Source of the DNA: Bradymonadia bacterium
Lineage (GTDB): Bacteria; Myxococcota_A; Bradymonadia; UBA7976; UBA1532
Length of the DNA stretch: 64,000 nucleotides
Direction of reading: 5' to 3'
Assembly (NCBI GenBank): GCA_046290225.1
Contig: JBKAGE010000001.1
Span: forward strand, 64,001-128,000
In this document: in pieces, positions 27,794 to 37,368 of the stretch
Layout: each line of letters opens with the position of its first letter
Position numbering within the stretch: position 1 is the first letter of the stretch
Notes under the pieces: generated by a model
Databases searched by the model: none
Told to the model about the DNA's origin: nothing
What the model saw: the letters and a program-made list of their open reading frames with translations, nothing else
Translations under genes and position numbers: made by a program

Positions 27794-28942
27794 ATGGCTG
27801 ATCTGAAGGCAGAGCTCGACCGGCTGCTCGCGGAAGCCGATCACCAGGCCCACCTGAGCCGGGATCCGATCCGCTTCGTACACCGCTACCCCGATCCGCT
27901 CGATCGCGAGGTGGTGTCGATCTACGCCGCCCTCATGGCCTATGGCCGGGTCGATCTCATCGGCAGGGCCCTGGAAGATCTCGTGGCCCGCCTCGGGCCA
28001 AAACCCTTCGAGGCCCTGAAGCAGCGTCGGAGCGACGCCGAAGTGATCGCCCACTTCGACGGCTTCGTCTATCGACTCACCCGGGGGATCGATCTCGCCC
28101 GCCTCTGGCAGGGCCTCGCCGCCGTGGTCGACACCCACGGCAACCTCGGTGAGGCCATGGCGTGCTTCGACGACGCCGAGTCCCCCACCCTGCTCCACGC
28201 CGTGAGCACACTGCGCAAGGCCATCTACGACGCCACCTCGCACTTCGAGAGTCGGCGGGCCTTCAACCACTTTCTCGCTGATCCACAAGGGGCGAGCCCG
28301 TGCAAGCGCTGGTGCATGTGGCTGCGGTGGATGGTCCGGGGCCCTGACGAGATCGATCTGGGGCTGTGGCGTGATCTGGGGGCGCACCGTCTGGTCATGC
28401 CACTCGATACGCACATCCACCGGCTCGGCCGCTACCTGGGCCTCACCGCCCGAAAGAGCGGTGACCGGCGCACGGCCCTCGAGATCACCACCGCGCTCAA
28501 AGCCCTCGATCCGCTCGATCCGCTCAAGTACGACTTCGCGGTGGCCCACATGGGCATCAGTGGCCAGTGCCCTACCCGCCGAGTGGCGGAGATCTGCGCG
28601 CATTGCCCCATTCAAAAGGTGTGTCAGCTGCCGGACGGGCGCCGAAGCGGCCGTCCGCTCAACCCGGCAGAGGCTGCTTGTCCACGGCCCTTGGGGGCTG
28701 CGGTACGCCCTTGCGGTAGCGAGACTTTTCTCCTGGCCCCGAGTCGTCGATCCACGAGTACGACCGCTTGCGCACGTCGAGGTGCACGAACCGCGCGTTG
28801 GGGTAGTAGCCCGAGCCCACCTTCGGCAGCGTGCGCAGCACTGACCACACCTCTTTATGATCGACGCCGTCAACCCGCAGATCGATGGCCTTGCCCTGAT
28901 AGTGCCTGCTGCTCTTGCGCGTGGTGGATCGATGCCCGCTGA
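27794..28942 (+). CDS. TIGR02757/DUF2400 family protein with a C-terminal EndoIII-like Cys cluster and an atypical extension
   Basis: DPIRFVHRY, AYGRV, SPCKRWCMWLRWMVR..D.IDLGLW, MPLDTHIHR, DPLDPLKYDFA and C-x8-C-x2-C-x5-C. The last about 95 codons overlap the convergent gene. Confidence 0.88.
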   Translation: MADLKAELDRLLAEADHQAHLSRDPIRFVHRYPDPLDREVVSIYAALMAYGRVDLIGRALEDLVARLGPKPFEALKQRRSDAEVIAHFDGFVYRLTRGIDLARLWQGLAAVVDTHGNLGEAMACFDDAESPTLLHAVSTLRKAIYDATSHFESRRAFNHFLADPQGASPCKRWCMWLRWMVRGPDEIDLGLWRDLGAHRLVMPLDTHIHRLGRYLGLTARKSGDRRTALEITTALKALDPLDPLKYDFAVAHMGISGQCPTRRVAEICAHCPIQKVCQLPDGRRSGRPLNPAEAACPRPLGAAVRPCGSETFLLAPSRRSTSTTACARRGARTARWGSSPSPPSAACAALTTPLYDRRRQPADRWPCPDSACCSCAWWIDAR

Positions 28943-29384
28943 TGATGTGGATACGGGCCTCGAAGTGCCGGGCGAGGGCGTGCAGGTGATGCAGTAGACG
29001 ATCAGGCGGGATCTTCTCGACCCCTTTGCGCCAGTCCCTCAAAAAATGCGCCATCTGTGTGCGACCCTCAGGGCGCACCACCCAGCCGTCCACAGCGTCC
29101 ATATCGGGCTCGAGCAGGCGGATCGAGGCCTCTTCCCGGGTGTTCACGTGACGCACGTGGATGTAGCCGGCATTGATGGCCTCGAGTTTTTTTCGCCCCA
29201 AGGGCTCGGGACGATCTTCTGCGGCGAGCGGCCCGAGATCGGACTCGTCGTCTGCATCACGGAATCCGCCATCAGGCCCTGCGGCAGATCGACCCTGACG
29301 ACCCGCGCAGCCAGTGGCCATCAGGCCGCCGAGCATCAACACCTCTCGGCGGGTGGGGATCACGATGTTCGAGGCTCGCCGCAT
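28659..29384 (-). CDS. YcbK/DUF882 peptidase M15A-type (MepK-like) Tat lipoprotein
   Basis: TRREVL...ATGC signal; HFLRDWR, IISGHRS, SRHYQGKAID (H-x6-D) and FVHLDVR (HxD); GAGGAG RBS. Confidence 0.9.
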   Translation of the reverse strand: MRRASNIVIPTRREVLMLGGLMATGCAGRQGRSAAGPDGGFRDADDESDLGPLAAEDRPEPLGRKKLEAINAGYIHVRHVNTREEASIRLLEPDMDAVDGWVVRPEGRTQMAHFLRDWRKGVEKIPPDRLLHHLHALARHFEARIHIISGHRSTTRKSSRHYQGKAIDLRVDGVDHKEVWSVLRTLPKVGSGYYPNARFVHLDVRKRSYSWIDDSGPGEKSRYRKGVPQPPRAVDKQPLPG

Positions 29385-29553
29385 AATCAGAACTCCTCTT
29401 GTCTTTCAAAGGGTTCGCTCGATGCTCATGACGATGACACACCCCCTCCGACTTCACCAAAACCCCCTTGCACCTTCGATGCATCCTCCGGCATCCTCAG
29501 TAAAACCACATCAACCTACACCGACCTTATGACAGAGGTCCGAGGAGGCACAG

Positions 29554-29865
29554 ATGGCGACGTCGCTCACCCACGACACCCCCCGCTTCATCATCCGCCG
29601 CGCCCTCGCCCTCGTGGAAGACCCCCGCACCGACGCCCACCGCCTCGGCCGGCTGCTGGAAGGTCACCCCGATCTCGCCGCCTTCGTCATGAGCGCCGCC
29701 CGAGCAAAAGTGCAGGGCCGAGTGAACATCCGCACCGTCACCGACGCCGTGGTCTATCTCGGCTATGGCAGGCTGCCGGCCATCCTGAGGCGGTATGGCT
29801 ATGCCGCTGAAGAGCAAGACGAAATCTGGCGGCGCCAGATCAGGTACGGCCTCATCGAAGACTGA
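29554..29865 (+). CDS. Small stand-alone protein matching the N-terminal half of an HDOD domain
   Basis: L..LLE.HPDLAAFVM.AA...IRTVTDAVVYLG; GAGGAGG RBS. Confidence 0.72.
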   Translation: MATSLTHDTPRFIIRRALALVEDPRTDAHRLGRLLEGHPDLAAFVMSAARAKVQGRVNIRTVTDAVVYLGYGRLPAILRRYGYAAEEQDEIWRRQIRYGLIED

Positions 29866-30059
29866 CCGACGCCACGCTTTCCCCACTCCGCGGCGCACCC
29901 CAGACAATTTTAAGTGACAATTCCGGCCTTTCAGCTTCAACACCTGGGTGACGGCCGCGGTGTCAGGTGTCTCAATACTTGCGCCGCAGTAGATGCGTCA
30001 CCCCCGTGAGCTGTACTAGACTGCCGCGCACTCGGGGATTCACTGGAGATCTGCGCCTC

Positions 30060-32186
30060 ATGCAACCTTTGGCCGCTGCAGCCACATCGTGTCTCACTCT
30101 CGCCCTCGTGGGCGCTGCTTACACGTCCGCCCTCGCCCAGAGCGGCGCGCCTGCCGCTGAAGCCCCAGCTGCTGAGGCCCCAGCTGCGGCGCCTGCGGAG
30201 GGCGCGGCCACGGAGACGGCGGCTTCGACAGAGGCTGCGGCACCGGCCTCGGGCGACGATGGAGGCGCCACCAGTGAGGTGGTGAACACCATCGAGGGTG
30301 AAGTCTCCCTGGTGAGCGACGAGCGCGTGCCGCCTGATCAGCGCGGGCCGAACATGGAGGGCGGCAACGGCCTCAACCGCACGCTCTCTGCAGATCCTGG
30401 CCCCCAAGGGACCTTCCGCTTCCGGCTCAGCGGGTTCCTCTCCGAGTCCGAAGACTTCCCCGCCCCGGGCTCGTCGAACAGCTTCTCTGGTGCCAGCCTG
30501 GCCCTGGGCTACACCCCCATCGAGTTCCTCGAGGTGTTCTTCAACGCCCGGAACACCAGCAACGTCAACGAGGGCACCCGCCCCGACCTGTTGCAGACGC
30601 AGGGCGACATGTCGCTGGGCCTCAAGGGCGGCTACTTCATCCTCCCCGAGGTGGCCGTGGGCCTCGCGGCGAGCGCCCATCTCTACAGCGGCCTCGGTGA
30701 GGGCTCGTTCTCCCTCGACACCACAAGCTTCTGGGTGCGGCTCCTCACCACCGTCGATCTCAAGCGCAGCCAGAACATCCCGGTGCGCTTCACGCTCAAC
30801 GTCGGCTACTACAACGAGAACTCCGAGAACCTCTATGGAGACGGCGACAACCTCGACGTCATCCAGGAGTGGGGGCTGCAGACCTACCGTTATGATCGCC
30901 TCACCATCGGTGCGGGACTCGAGGTGCCCTTCAACGAGTATGTGAGCCCCTTCGTCGAGTACCGCCTCGACGGCCCCCTGAAGGTGAAGCTCAAGGACTT
31001 CGCCGCGAACTCCTCTTTCGAATACGACTTCAGCGCGGTGCCTCACACCTTCACGCCGGGCCTGCGCGGGTTCCCGCTGCCCGAGCTGATGCTCGAAGCC
31101 GCAGCGGAGATCGCCATCACCACGGAGACCACCTTCAGCGGCGTGCCCGCCACGCCGCCGTGGATGATCACCTTCGGCATCGCCTACACCCTCGACCCTC
31201 GCCCCGTGGTCATGTCGAAGGAGATCGTGAAGGAGGTGGCCCCCATCGCGCCTCCGCCGCCGCCCGTCGCGCCTGCCCCGAAGGAGGGCCGCATCGCCGG
31301 AAAGGTGCTCGACGCCAAGACCGGCAAGCCCATCAAGGACGCCCGCATCACCTATCCGGGCCGCACGGTGAGCGCTCAGCTCGCCGACGCCAGTGGCCGC
31401 TTCGGCAGCTACCCCTTCGAGCCCGGCAAGGTGAAGGTGCAGGTCATGGCCGACGGCTACCTCGCCATGAGCGGCGAGGCCGACGTCACTGCTGACAAGG
31501 ACACCCCCCTCGAGCTCAAGCTCAAGCTCGATCCGGAGCAGCAGAAGACCACCTTCACCATCGAGGTGGCCAACGAGAAGGGCAAGACGCTCCCCAAGGC
31601 CACCTACACCGTGGGCACCACCAAAGAGCCCGCCCTCAAGACGGGCCAGATGGGCCCCACGGGCATCGTCGCCGTGCGCGATCTGCCCCCGGGCACCTAC
31701 GATCTGACGGTGAAGGCCAAGCGCTACGAAGACTTCACCCGCAGCTACCGCCTGAAGGGGGGCACCCCCCTCACGGCGAAGGTGGTCATGACGAAGCCCG
31801 AGCGGAAGAAGCGCTCGCTGGTGGTGCTCAAGCGGAACCGCATCGTGATCCGCCGCAAAGTGCACTTCGCCACGGGGACCGCCAACCTGACCCGTGACTC
31901 GAAGGCCCTCCTCGCCGAGGTGGCCCAGGTCCTCAAGGACAACCCCCGCATCAGCAAGGTGCGCATCGACGGCCACACCGACGGCAAGGGCAGCCGCACC
32001 AAGAACCTGAAGCTGAGCAAAGAGCGCGCTGAGGCGGTGAAGACCTATCTCGCCCGCCGCGGGGTGCGCAAGAAGCGCCTCGTGACCAAGGGCTGGGGCC
32101 CCGACAAGCCCCTGGCGCCGAACATGACCAGCCGCGGCCGCGAGAAGAACCGTCGGGTGGAGTTCATCATTCTCGGGAGACGTTGA
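30060..32186 (+). CDS. Outer-membrane beta-barrel, Pro linker, carboxypeptidase-regulatory-like domains and an OmpA C-terminal domain
   Basis: Signal peptide (ALA|Q); alternating aromatic beta-strands ending ITFGIAY; PPPPP linker; GRIAGKVLDAKTGKPI; DLPPGTYDL; OmpA motifs VHFATG, IDGHTD, LS.ERA.AV and NRRVEF. Confidence 0.9.
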   Translation: MQPLAAAATSCLTLALVGAAYTSALAQSGAPAAEAPAAEAPAAAPAEGAATETAASTEAAAPASGDDGGATSEVVNTIEGEVSLVSDERVPPDQRGPNMEGGNGLNRTLSADPGPQGTFRFRLSGFLSESEDFPAPGSSNSFSGASLALGYTPIEFLEVFFNARNTSNVNEGTRPDLLQTQGDMSLGLKGGYFILPEVAVGLAASAHLYSGLGEGSFSLDTTSFWVRLLTTVDLKRSQNIPVRFTLNVGYYNENSENLYGDGDNLDVIQEWGLQTYRYDRLTIGAGLEVPFNEYVSPFVEYRLDGPLKVKLKDFAANSSFEYDFSAVPHTFTPGLRGFPLPELMLEAAAEIAITTETTFSGVPATPPWMITFGIAYTLDPRPVVMSKEIVKEVAPIAPPPPPVAPAPKEGRIAGKVLDAKTGKPIKDARITYPGRTVSAQLADASGRFGSYPFEPGKVKVQVMADGYLAMSGEADVTADKDTPLELKLKLDPEQQKTTFTIEVANEKGKTLPKATYTVGTTKEPALKTGQMGPTGIVAVRDLPPGTYDLTVKAKRYEDFTRSYRLKGGTPLTAKVVMTKPERKKRSLVVLKRNRIVIRRKVHFATGTANLTRDSKALLAEVAQVLKDNPRISKVRIDGHTDGKGSRTKNLKLSKERAEAVKTYLARRGVRKKRLVTKGWGPDKPLAPNMTSRGREKNRRVEFIILGRR

Positions 32187-32189
32187 GCC

Positions 32190-35100
32190 ATGCACCGTAC
32201 ACACCTGCCAGCGCTCCACGGCGCGCTGCTCCTGCTCCTCAGCGTGCTCCTCGGCGGCTGCGGTCGCTCGAGCCTCGACTGCGCCACCACGGCGGATTGC
32301 CCCTCGGGCAACATCTGCATTCAAGATCAGTGCGTGAGCGGCCCGCCGTGTGCCTTGGGCCTGTGTCCCACAGGCCAGGTGTGCGTCTCCGACATCTGCG
32401 TCGACGAGGAGCGCCTCGCCGGCGTGTGCGGGCCCAACCGCGCCTGCCCCGACGGCCAGCGCTGCAGCGAGCAGAACCTCTGTGAGCCCTGTGGCCCCGA
32501 GGGCTGTGATCCGCTGATCTGTGATCCGGAAGATCCCAACTGTCAGGTCTGCGCCGGTGATCAAGAGTGTGGCGCCGGTCTCATCTGTGACGACGGTCGC
32601 TGCCGTGTAGGCTGCCGCTTCAACCAGGACTGCCCGGGTGGCCTGTGTGATCCGCAGAGCCAGACCTGCGTCGACCGCCAGTGCAATCAAGACCTCGACT
32701 GCCCTGATCCTCTGCTGTGCGATCCTCAGGGCCAGTGTGTGGACTGCCTCTCTGATCCCGATTGCGGTCCGGGCCGCGTATGTGATCTGAACATCTGCCG
32801 CCCCTCTGATCAGTGCATCGGCGACGAGGAATGCCCTGCGGGCTTCCTCTGCCTCAACGGCGCCTGCGAGCGGGGTGAGGGCTGCCTCGGCGACTTCGAC
32901 TGTCAAAACGGCGAGGTCTGCATCGACGGCGCCTGCATCCCCGCCGGCTGCCAGTCCGACGAGGAGTGTGGTGACGGTCGCCAGTGCGTCGCCGGTGAGT
33001 GCCTGCCCGTCGGCCAGTGCCGCCGGGACACGGATTGCGATCCGGGCTTCTCCTGCATCGCCGGTGAGTGCCGCTTCGATCCCGAGTGCCGCGTCGACGT
33101 GGACTGCCCCCCAGGCCTCATCTGCGAGCAAAACCGCTGCATCGAGCAGCTCGAGTGCACCATCGACGGCGACTGCCTGCCGGGCCAGCAATGTCGCGGT
33201 GGCTTGTGTGTCGGGGTGCCCGACTGTCGCGGTGACTTCGACTGCCCTCCTGGCCGCGTGTGCCAGATGGGCCAGTGCATCGTGGGGCCCGAGTGCCTCG
33301 ACAACTTCGACTGCCCACCTGGTGAAGAGTGCATCGACGAGCTGTGTGTGTCGGCGCCTGAGTGCCGCAACGACAACGACTGCCCCTTCGGCACCCAGTG
33401 CGTCGACGAGCTGTGCGTCCCAGTGCCCGGCTGCCGTGGCGACTTCGATTGCCCAGATGGCCGCCTCTGCCAGGCAGGGCAATGTGTCATCGCGGGCTGC
33501 ATCAACGACCTCGACTGCCCTCCTGACACCATCTGTGAAGCGGGCCTGTGCCAGCCGGTGCAGTGCCGGTTCGACGGCCAGTGCCCCGCCCAGCAAATCT
33601 GCGACGACGGCCGCTGCACCCCGGTGGAGTGCCGTGACGACAACGACTGCCCCGCAGGGGGCGAGTGTCGCGGCAACGTGTGCTTCCAGGATCCCCGCTG
33701 CCGCGTGGACGACGACTGTCCTCCGGGGAACGCTTGCCTCGCAGGCAGCTGCGCCCCCGTGGGCTGTGCCGACGATCGCGACTGTGACGAGGACGAGCAG
33801 TGTGAGCAGGGCCGATGCGTCGCCGGAGAGTGCCGCAACGACGATGATTGTGGTCCTGGGGTGACCTGTGTCGCCGGGTTCTGCCTGCCGGAGTTCGTCT
33901 GCGAAGACGCCAACGACTGCCCCCAGCCTCTGCAGTGCATCAACAACGAGTGCCGCGCAGGCTTCCAGTGCGAGCGTGACGAAGAGTGCGATCCCGGCGA
34001 GGAGTGCCTCTTCGGCATCTGCATCAGCCTGCCCCCGCCCCAGTGCCTCAACGACGGTGACTGCGGCCTCAACGAGCGCTGCGAGCTGGGCCAGTGCATC
34101 CCTGGCGGTGGCCCTCAGTGCCGCCGTGATGCCGATTGTGGCTTCGGCTTCCGCTGCGAGGGGGGCGCCTGTGTCGCCGATGGCTGCGTCGTCGACGGCC
34201 AGTGTGATCCCGGCGAAGTCTGTGAAGCCGGCGTGTGCATCCCCGCGCCGGAGTGTCGCGAGGACTTCGACTGCGGCGTCGGCGAGATCTGTCAGGCCGG
34301 TGTCTGCGTGTTCGCCGGCGAATGTCGCCGTGATCTCGACTGCCCCGAGCCCCTCGTCTGTGAAGACTTTCGCTGCGAGGTGCCTCCGGCCTGTGGCCCC
34401 GGGAACCCCTGCCCGGCCAACCAGATCTGCCGCGATGATCAGTGCGTGCCCGACGGCCGCTGCCAGAACGACTTCGAGTGTGGCCCGGGGAACCGCTGCG
34501 ACGACGGTGAGTGCGTGCCTGCCTTCGAATGTCGCGGTGACGTGGACTGTGGTGCCGGTGAGGCCTGCCGTGGCGGTCAGTGCGTCTTCGTGGGTCAGTG
34601 CCGCGAGAACATCGACTGCCCCCAGCCGTTGATTTGCGACAACTTCGAGTGTGTGCCCGACGTGGAGTGCAACGTCGCCGCAGACTGCGGCGGTCGAGGC
34701 TTCGAGTGCTTCGCCAACCAGTGCATCTTCGTCGGCGAGTGCGACTTCGACAACGAGTGCCCCCCGGGGAACCGCTGCGAAGACTTCCTCTGTGTCCCCG
34801 ACGAGCAGTGTGGTGCTGGCGATCCATGCCCTGCAGGCGAGCAGTGCCTCATGGGCCTCTGTGTCTTCGAGGGTGAGTGCCGCGTCGACAACGACTGCCC
34901 CTCGCTCTTCTCGTGTGAAGACTTCATCTGCGTCGAAACCGGTCGCTGCCAGCGCGACGAAGAGTGCGCCCCTCTGGGCCAGGTCTGCGATCCCTTCAGC
35001 CGCACCTGCGTCGACGAGAACTTCTGCAACGATCAGCGAGACTGCCCCGAGAACCAGCCCTGCATCGGCAACCTCTGCCGCCCTGTGGGCTTCTGCCGCG

Positions 35101-37220
35101 TCGACGAGAACTGCGAAGAGGACGAGATCTGCAACCAGCAGCTCAACATTTGCCAGCCTCGTCCTGAGTGCTTCGCCGATCAGGACTGCGCCCTGGACGA
35201 GCGCTGTGACGCGGGCAGCTGTGTCCCTCTGAGCTGCCGTGGGGACGACGACTGCAACGCCGGGTTCACGTGTATCGACGATCGCTGTATCCCCGAGTTC
35301 TTCTGCCAGGATCCAGGGGATTGTCCCTTCCCCGGCCAGGAGTGCATCAGCAACGAGTGTGTCGATCCTCAGGGCTGCATCAACGACGCCGACTGCCCCG
35401 AGGGCAGCGACTGCCTCGGCGGTGTCTGTGTGGTGATCCCGCCGCCAGACTGCGAGCGCGATGACGACTGTGGTCCCGGGGAGATCTGCGAGTTCGGCCT
35501 CTGTGGCCCCGATCCAGGGTGTCAGAACGACGGCCAGTGCCCCGCGGGGCAGTCGTGTGAGGCGGGCGTCTGCGTGGTGCCGCCGGATTGTCGCGTCGAC
35601 GCCGACTGTGGCGGCGGTGAGCAGTGCCTGAACGGTGTGTGTGTGGGTCTGCCGGGCTGCGGTGACGACGACGAGTGCCCGCTGACTCAGATTTGCCTGG
35701 ACCGTGCCTGCATCGATGGCTGCACCGACGAGAGCCGCTGCTTCGAAGATCAGCTGTGCGTCGATGGCCAGTGCCGTGACTTCGGCGGGCCCTGTCGCGA
35801 CGACGACAACTGCCTGCCCGGTGAGTTCTGTGACGGCAACGTGTGCGTCCCGGGCTGCCGCAACGACGCCGACTGCCCCGATGGCTTCGCGTGCAACGCC
35901 GGCGAATGTGTGCTCGACCGCTGTCGCAACGACGCCGACTGCCCCAACGGCCAGATCTGCGGCGACAATGGCGTCTGCGAGCCTGCACCTCTGTGCGAGC
36001 TTATCCCCGACGAAGATCTGACCTTCATCGCTTTCGAGGGCACCGAGACGTTCCCCACCAACACCTCGGGTCGGGAGAGCCAGTACGGCTCGAACTGCGC
36101 CGGCAACGCCCGGGCCGGTGAGCAGGTCTTCGTGCTCGACGTGGCCCAGACCTCCGAGGTGATCCTGGAGACCCTCGCCGCGGAGAACGGCAACCAGTAC
36201 GACACCGCGCTGCACGTACGTACGGTGTGCGACGACGCGGCGACGCAGCTCGACTGTGACGATGACGACGGCGACGGCACCCTGTCGCGCATCGAGCTGC
36301 CTCAGGCGTCGCCTGGCCGGTACATCATCTTCGTCGACGGCTTCAACCAGAACACCGGCGAGGCCCGCCTCGAGGTGACGGTGACCCCACTCACCCCCTG
36401 CGACGGCAACTTCGACTGTGACAACGGCGCCTGTGTCGACGGCTTCTGCCAGCAGCCCGACTTCTGCGGTGACGACAACGACTGCGACTTCAGAGAGGTC
36501 TGTCGTCAGGGCATCTGCGCCCCTCAGCAGCGATGCATCGACGATACCGGCTGCGAGAACGGCATCTGCGTCAACCGGGTCTGCCGGGATCCCCAGTGTG
36601 TGCAGGACGAACAGTGTGAGGGCGGTCGGATTTGCGAGTCTGGCCGCTGCTCCGAGCCTCAATGTCTGCGGGACAACGATTGCGACGCCGGAGAGCGCTG
36701 CGACAGTGGGCGGTGTGTCGAAGGCTGTGCTTCGGATCTCCAGTGCCCGGGGCTCCAGATTTGCCAGCAGCGTGTCTGCGTCGATCCGCAGTGTGTGCGC
36801 GACGAGAACTGCGAGGCCGGCCAGCGCTGCAACGAGGGCCGCTGTGAAGATGCTGGTGAGTGCGTCAACGACGCCCAGTGTAGTGGCGGCGACAACATCT
36901 GCGAGAACAACGCCTGCATCGACGCAGGGGGCCGCTGCGCCGACGTCGATGCCTGCAACCCCGGTGCAGCCTGTGTGAGCGGCGCCTGTGTCGATCCGGT
37001 GCCCTGCGCCAACGACCAGATCTGTCAGCAGATTATCCCGATCTTCACGTGTCAGGCAGGGGTCTGTCGGGCGCCGTTCAACCAGTGCGACAGCAACGCC
37101 GACTGCGCGGCGAATGGCAGCTGCATCTTCGGCGTGTGCGCCCCGCTGCCGAGCCCCGAGTGTGTCCGGGACACTGATTGCCCCAACGGTCAGACCTGCG
37201 AAAACGAGAGTTGCCAGTAG
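32190..37220 (+). CDS. 1676-aa cysteine-rich repeat lipoprotein with an embedded PPC-like domain
   Basis: Lipobox LGGC-GRS; roughly 60 (by eye) units of C-x2-D-x-(D/E)-C-x4/5-C-x4-C; a non-repeat insert near 36000-36390 (YDTALHVRTVC...CDDD...PGRYIIFVDGF). Confidence 0.92.
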   Translation: MHRTHLPALHGALLLLLSVLLGGCGRSSLDCATTADCPSGNICIQDQCVSGPPCALGLCPTGQVCVSDICVDEERLAGVCGPNRACPDGQRCSEQNLCEPCGPEGCDPLICDPEDPNCQVCAGDQECGAGLICDDGRCRVGCRFNQDCPGGLCDPQSQTCVDRQCNQDLDCPDPLLCDPQGQCVDCLSDPDCGPGRVCDLNICRPSDQCIGDEECPAGFLCLNGACERGEGCLGDFDCQNGEVCIDGACIPAGCQSDEECGDGRQCVAGECLPVGQCRRDTDCDPGFSCIAGECRFDPECRVDVDCPPGLICEQNRCIEQLECTIDGDCLPGQQCRGGLCVGVPDCRGDFDCPPGRVCQMGQCIVGPECLDNFDCPPGEECIDELCVSAPECRNDNDCPFGTQCVDELCVPVPGCRGDFDCPDGRLCQAGQCVIAGCINDLDCPPDTICEAGLCQPVQCRFDGQCPAQQICDDGRCTPVECRDDNDCPAGGECRGNVCFQDPRCRVDDDCPPGNACLAGSCAPVGCADDRDCDEDEQCEQGRCVAGECRNDDDCGPGVTCVAGFCLPEFVCEDANDCPQPLQCINNECRAGFQCERDEECDPGEECLFGICISLPPPQCLNDGDCGLNERCELGQCIPGGGPQCRRDADCGFGFRCEGGACVADGCVVDGQCDPGEVCEAGVCIPAPECREDFDCGVGEICQAGVCVFAGECRRDLDCPEPLVCEDFRCEVPPACGPGNPCPANQICRDDQCVPDGRCQNDFECGPGNRCDDGECVPAFECRGDVDCGAGEACRGGQCVFVGQCRENIDCPQPLICDNFECVPDVECNVAADCGGRGFECFANQCIFVGECDFDNECPPGNRCEDFLCVPDEQCGAGDPCPAGEQCLMGLCVFEGECRVDNDCPSLFSCEDFICVETGRCQRDEECAPLGQVCDPFSRTCVDENFCNDQRDCPENQPCIGNLCRPVGFCRVDENCEEDEICNQQLNICQPRPECFADQDCALDERCDAGSCVPLSCRGDDDCNAGFTCIDDRCIPEFFCQDPGDCPFPGQECISNECVDPQGCINDADCPEGSDCLGGVCVVIPPPDCERDDDCGPGEICEFGLCGPDPGCQNDGQCPAGQSCEAGVCVVPPDCRVDADCGGGEQCLNGVCVGLPGCGDDDECPLTQICLDRACIDGCTDESRCFEDQLCVDGQCRDFGGPCRDDDNCLPGEFCDGNVCVPGCRNDADCPDGFACNAGECVLDRCRNDADCPNGQICGDNGVCEPAPLCELIPDEDLTFIAFEGTETFPTNTSGRESQYGSNCAGNARAGEQVFVLDVAQTSEVILETLAAENGNQYDTALHVRTVCDDAATQLDCDDDDGDGTLSRIELPQASPGRYIIFVDGFNQNTGEARLEVTVTPLTPCDGNFDCDNGACVDGFCQQPDFCGDDNDCDFREVCRQGICAPQQRCIDDTGCENGICVNRVCRDPQCVQDEQCEGGRICESGRCSEPQCLRDNDCDAGERCDSGRCVEGCASDLQCPGLQICQQRVCVDPQCVRDENCEAGQRCNEGRCEDAGECVNDAQCSGGDNICENNACIDAGGRCADVDACNPGAACVSGACVDPVPCANDQICQQIIPIFTCQAGVCRAPFNQCDSNADCAANGSCIFGVCAPLPSPECVRDTDCPNGQTCENESCQ

Positions 37221-37368
37221 TCACTGGTCTGCCGCTCGTTTTAAGCGCAACCCCCACCCCTCCAGCCTCACTACGGTCTGAAACTTGCTTTTCCGTGCGT
37301 ACGTGCACGGCAGACGTGGTCTCTCCTGACCGTCTGCTGGTCAGAGACATCAGAAGTTCGAGGATCAT

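Noticed and set aside
29937..36662. 2241-aa ORF on the minus strand
   Set aside because: It is the antisense shadow of the OmpA and Cys-rich genes. Strong codon bias in GC-rich genes suppresses antisense stops, and the product is Ala/Val-rich with no motifs.
32280..37200. Possible CRISPR array or DNA tandem repeat
   Set aside because: The periodicity is at the protein level with degenerate codons; there are no identical 25-45 bp repeats with spacers and no cas genes.
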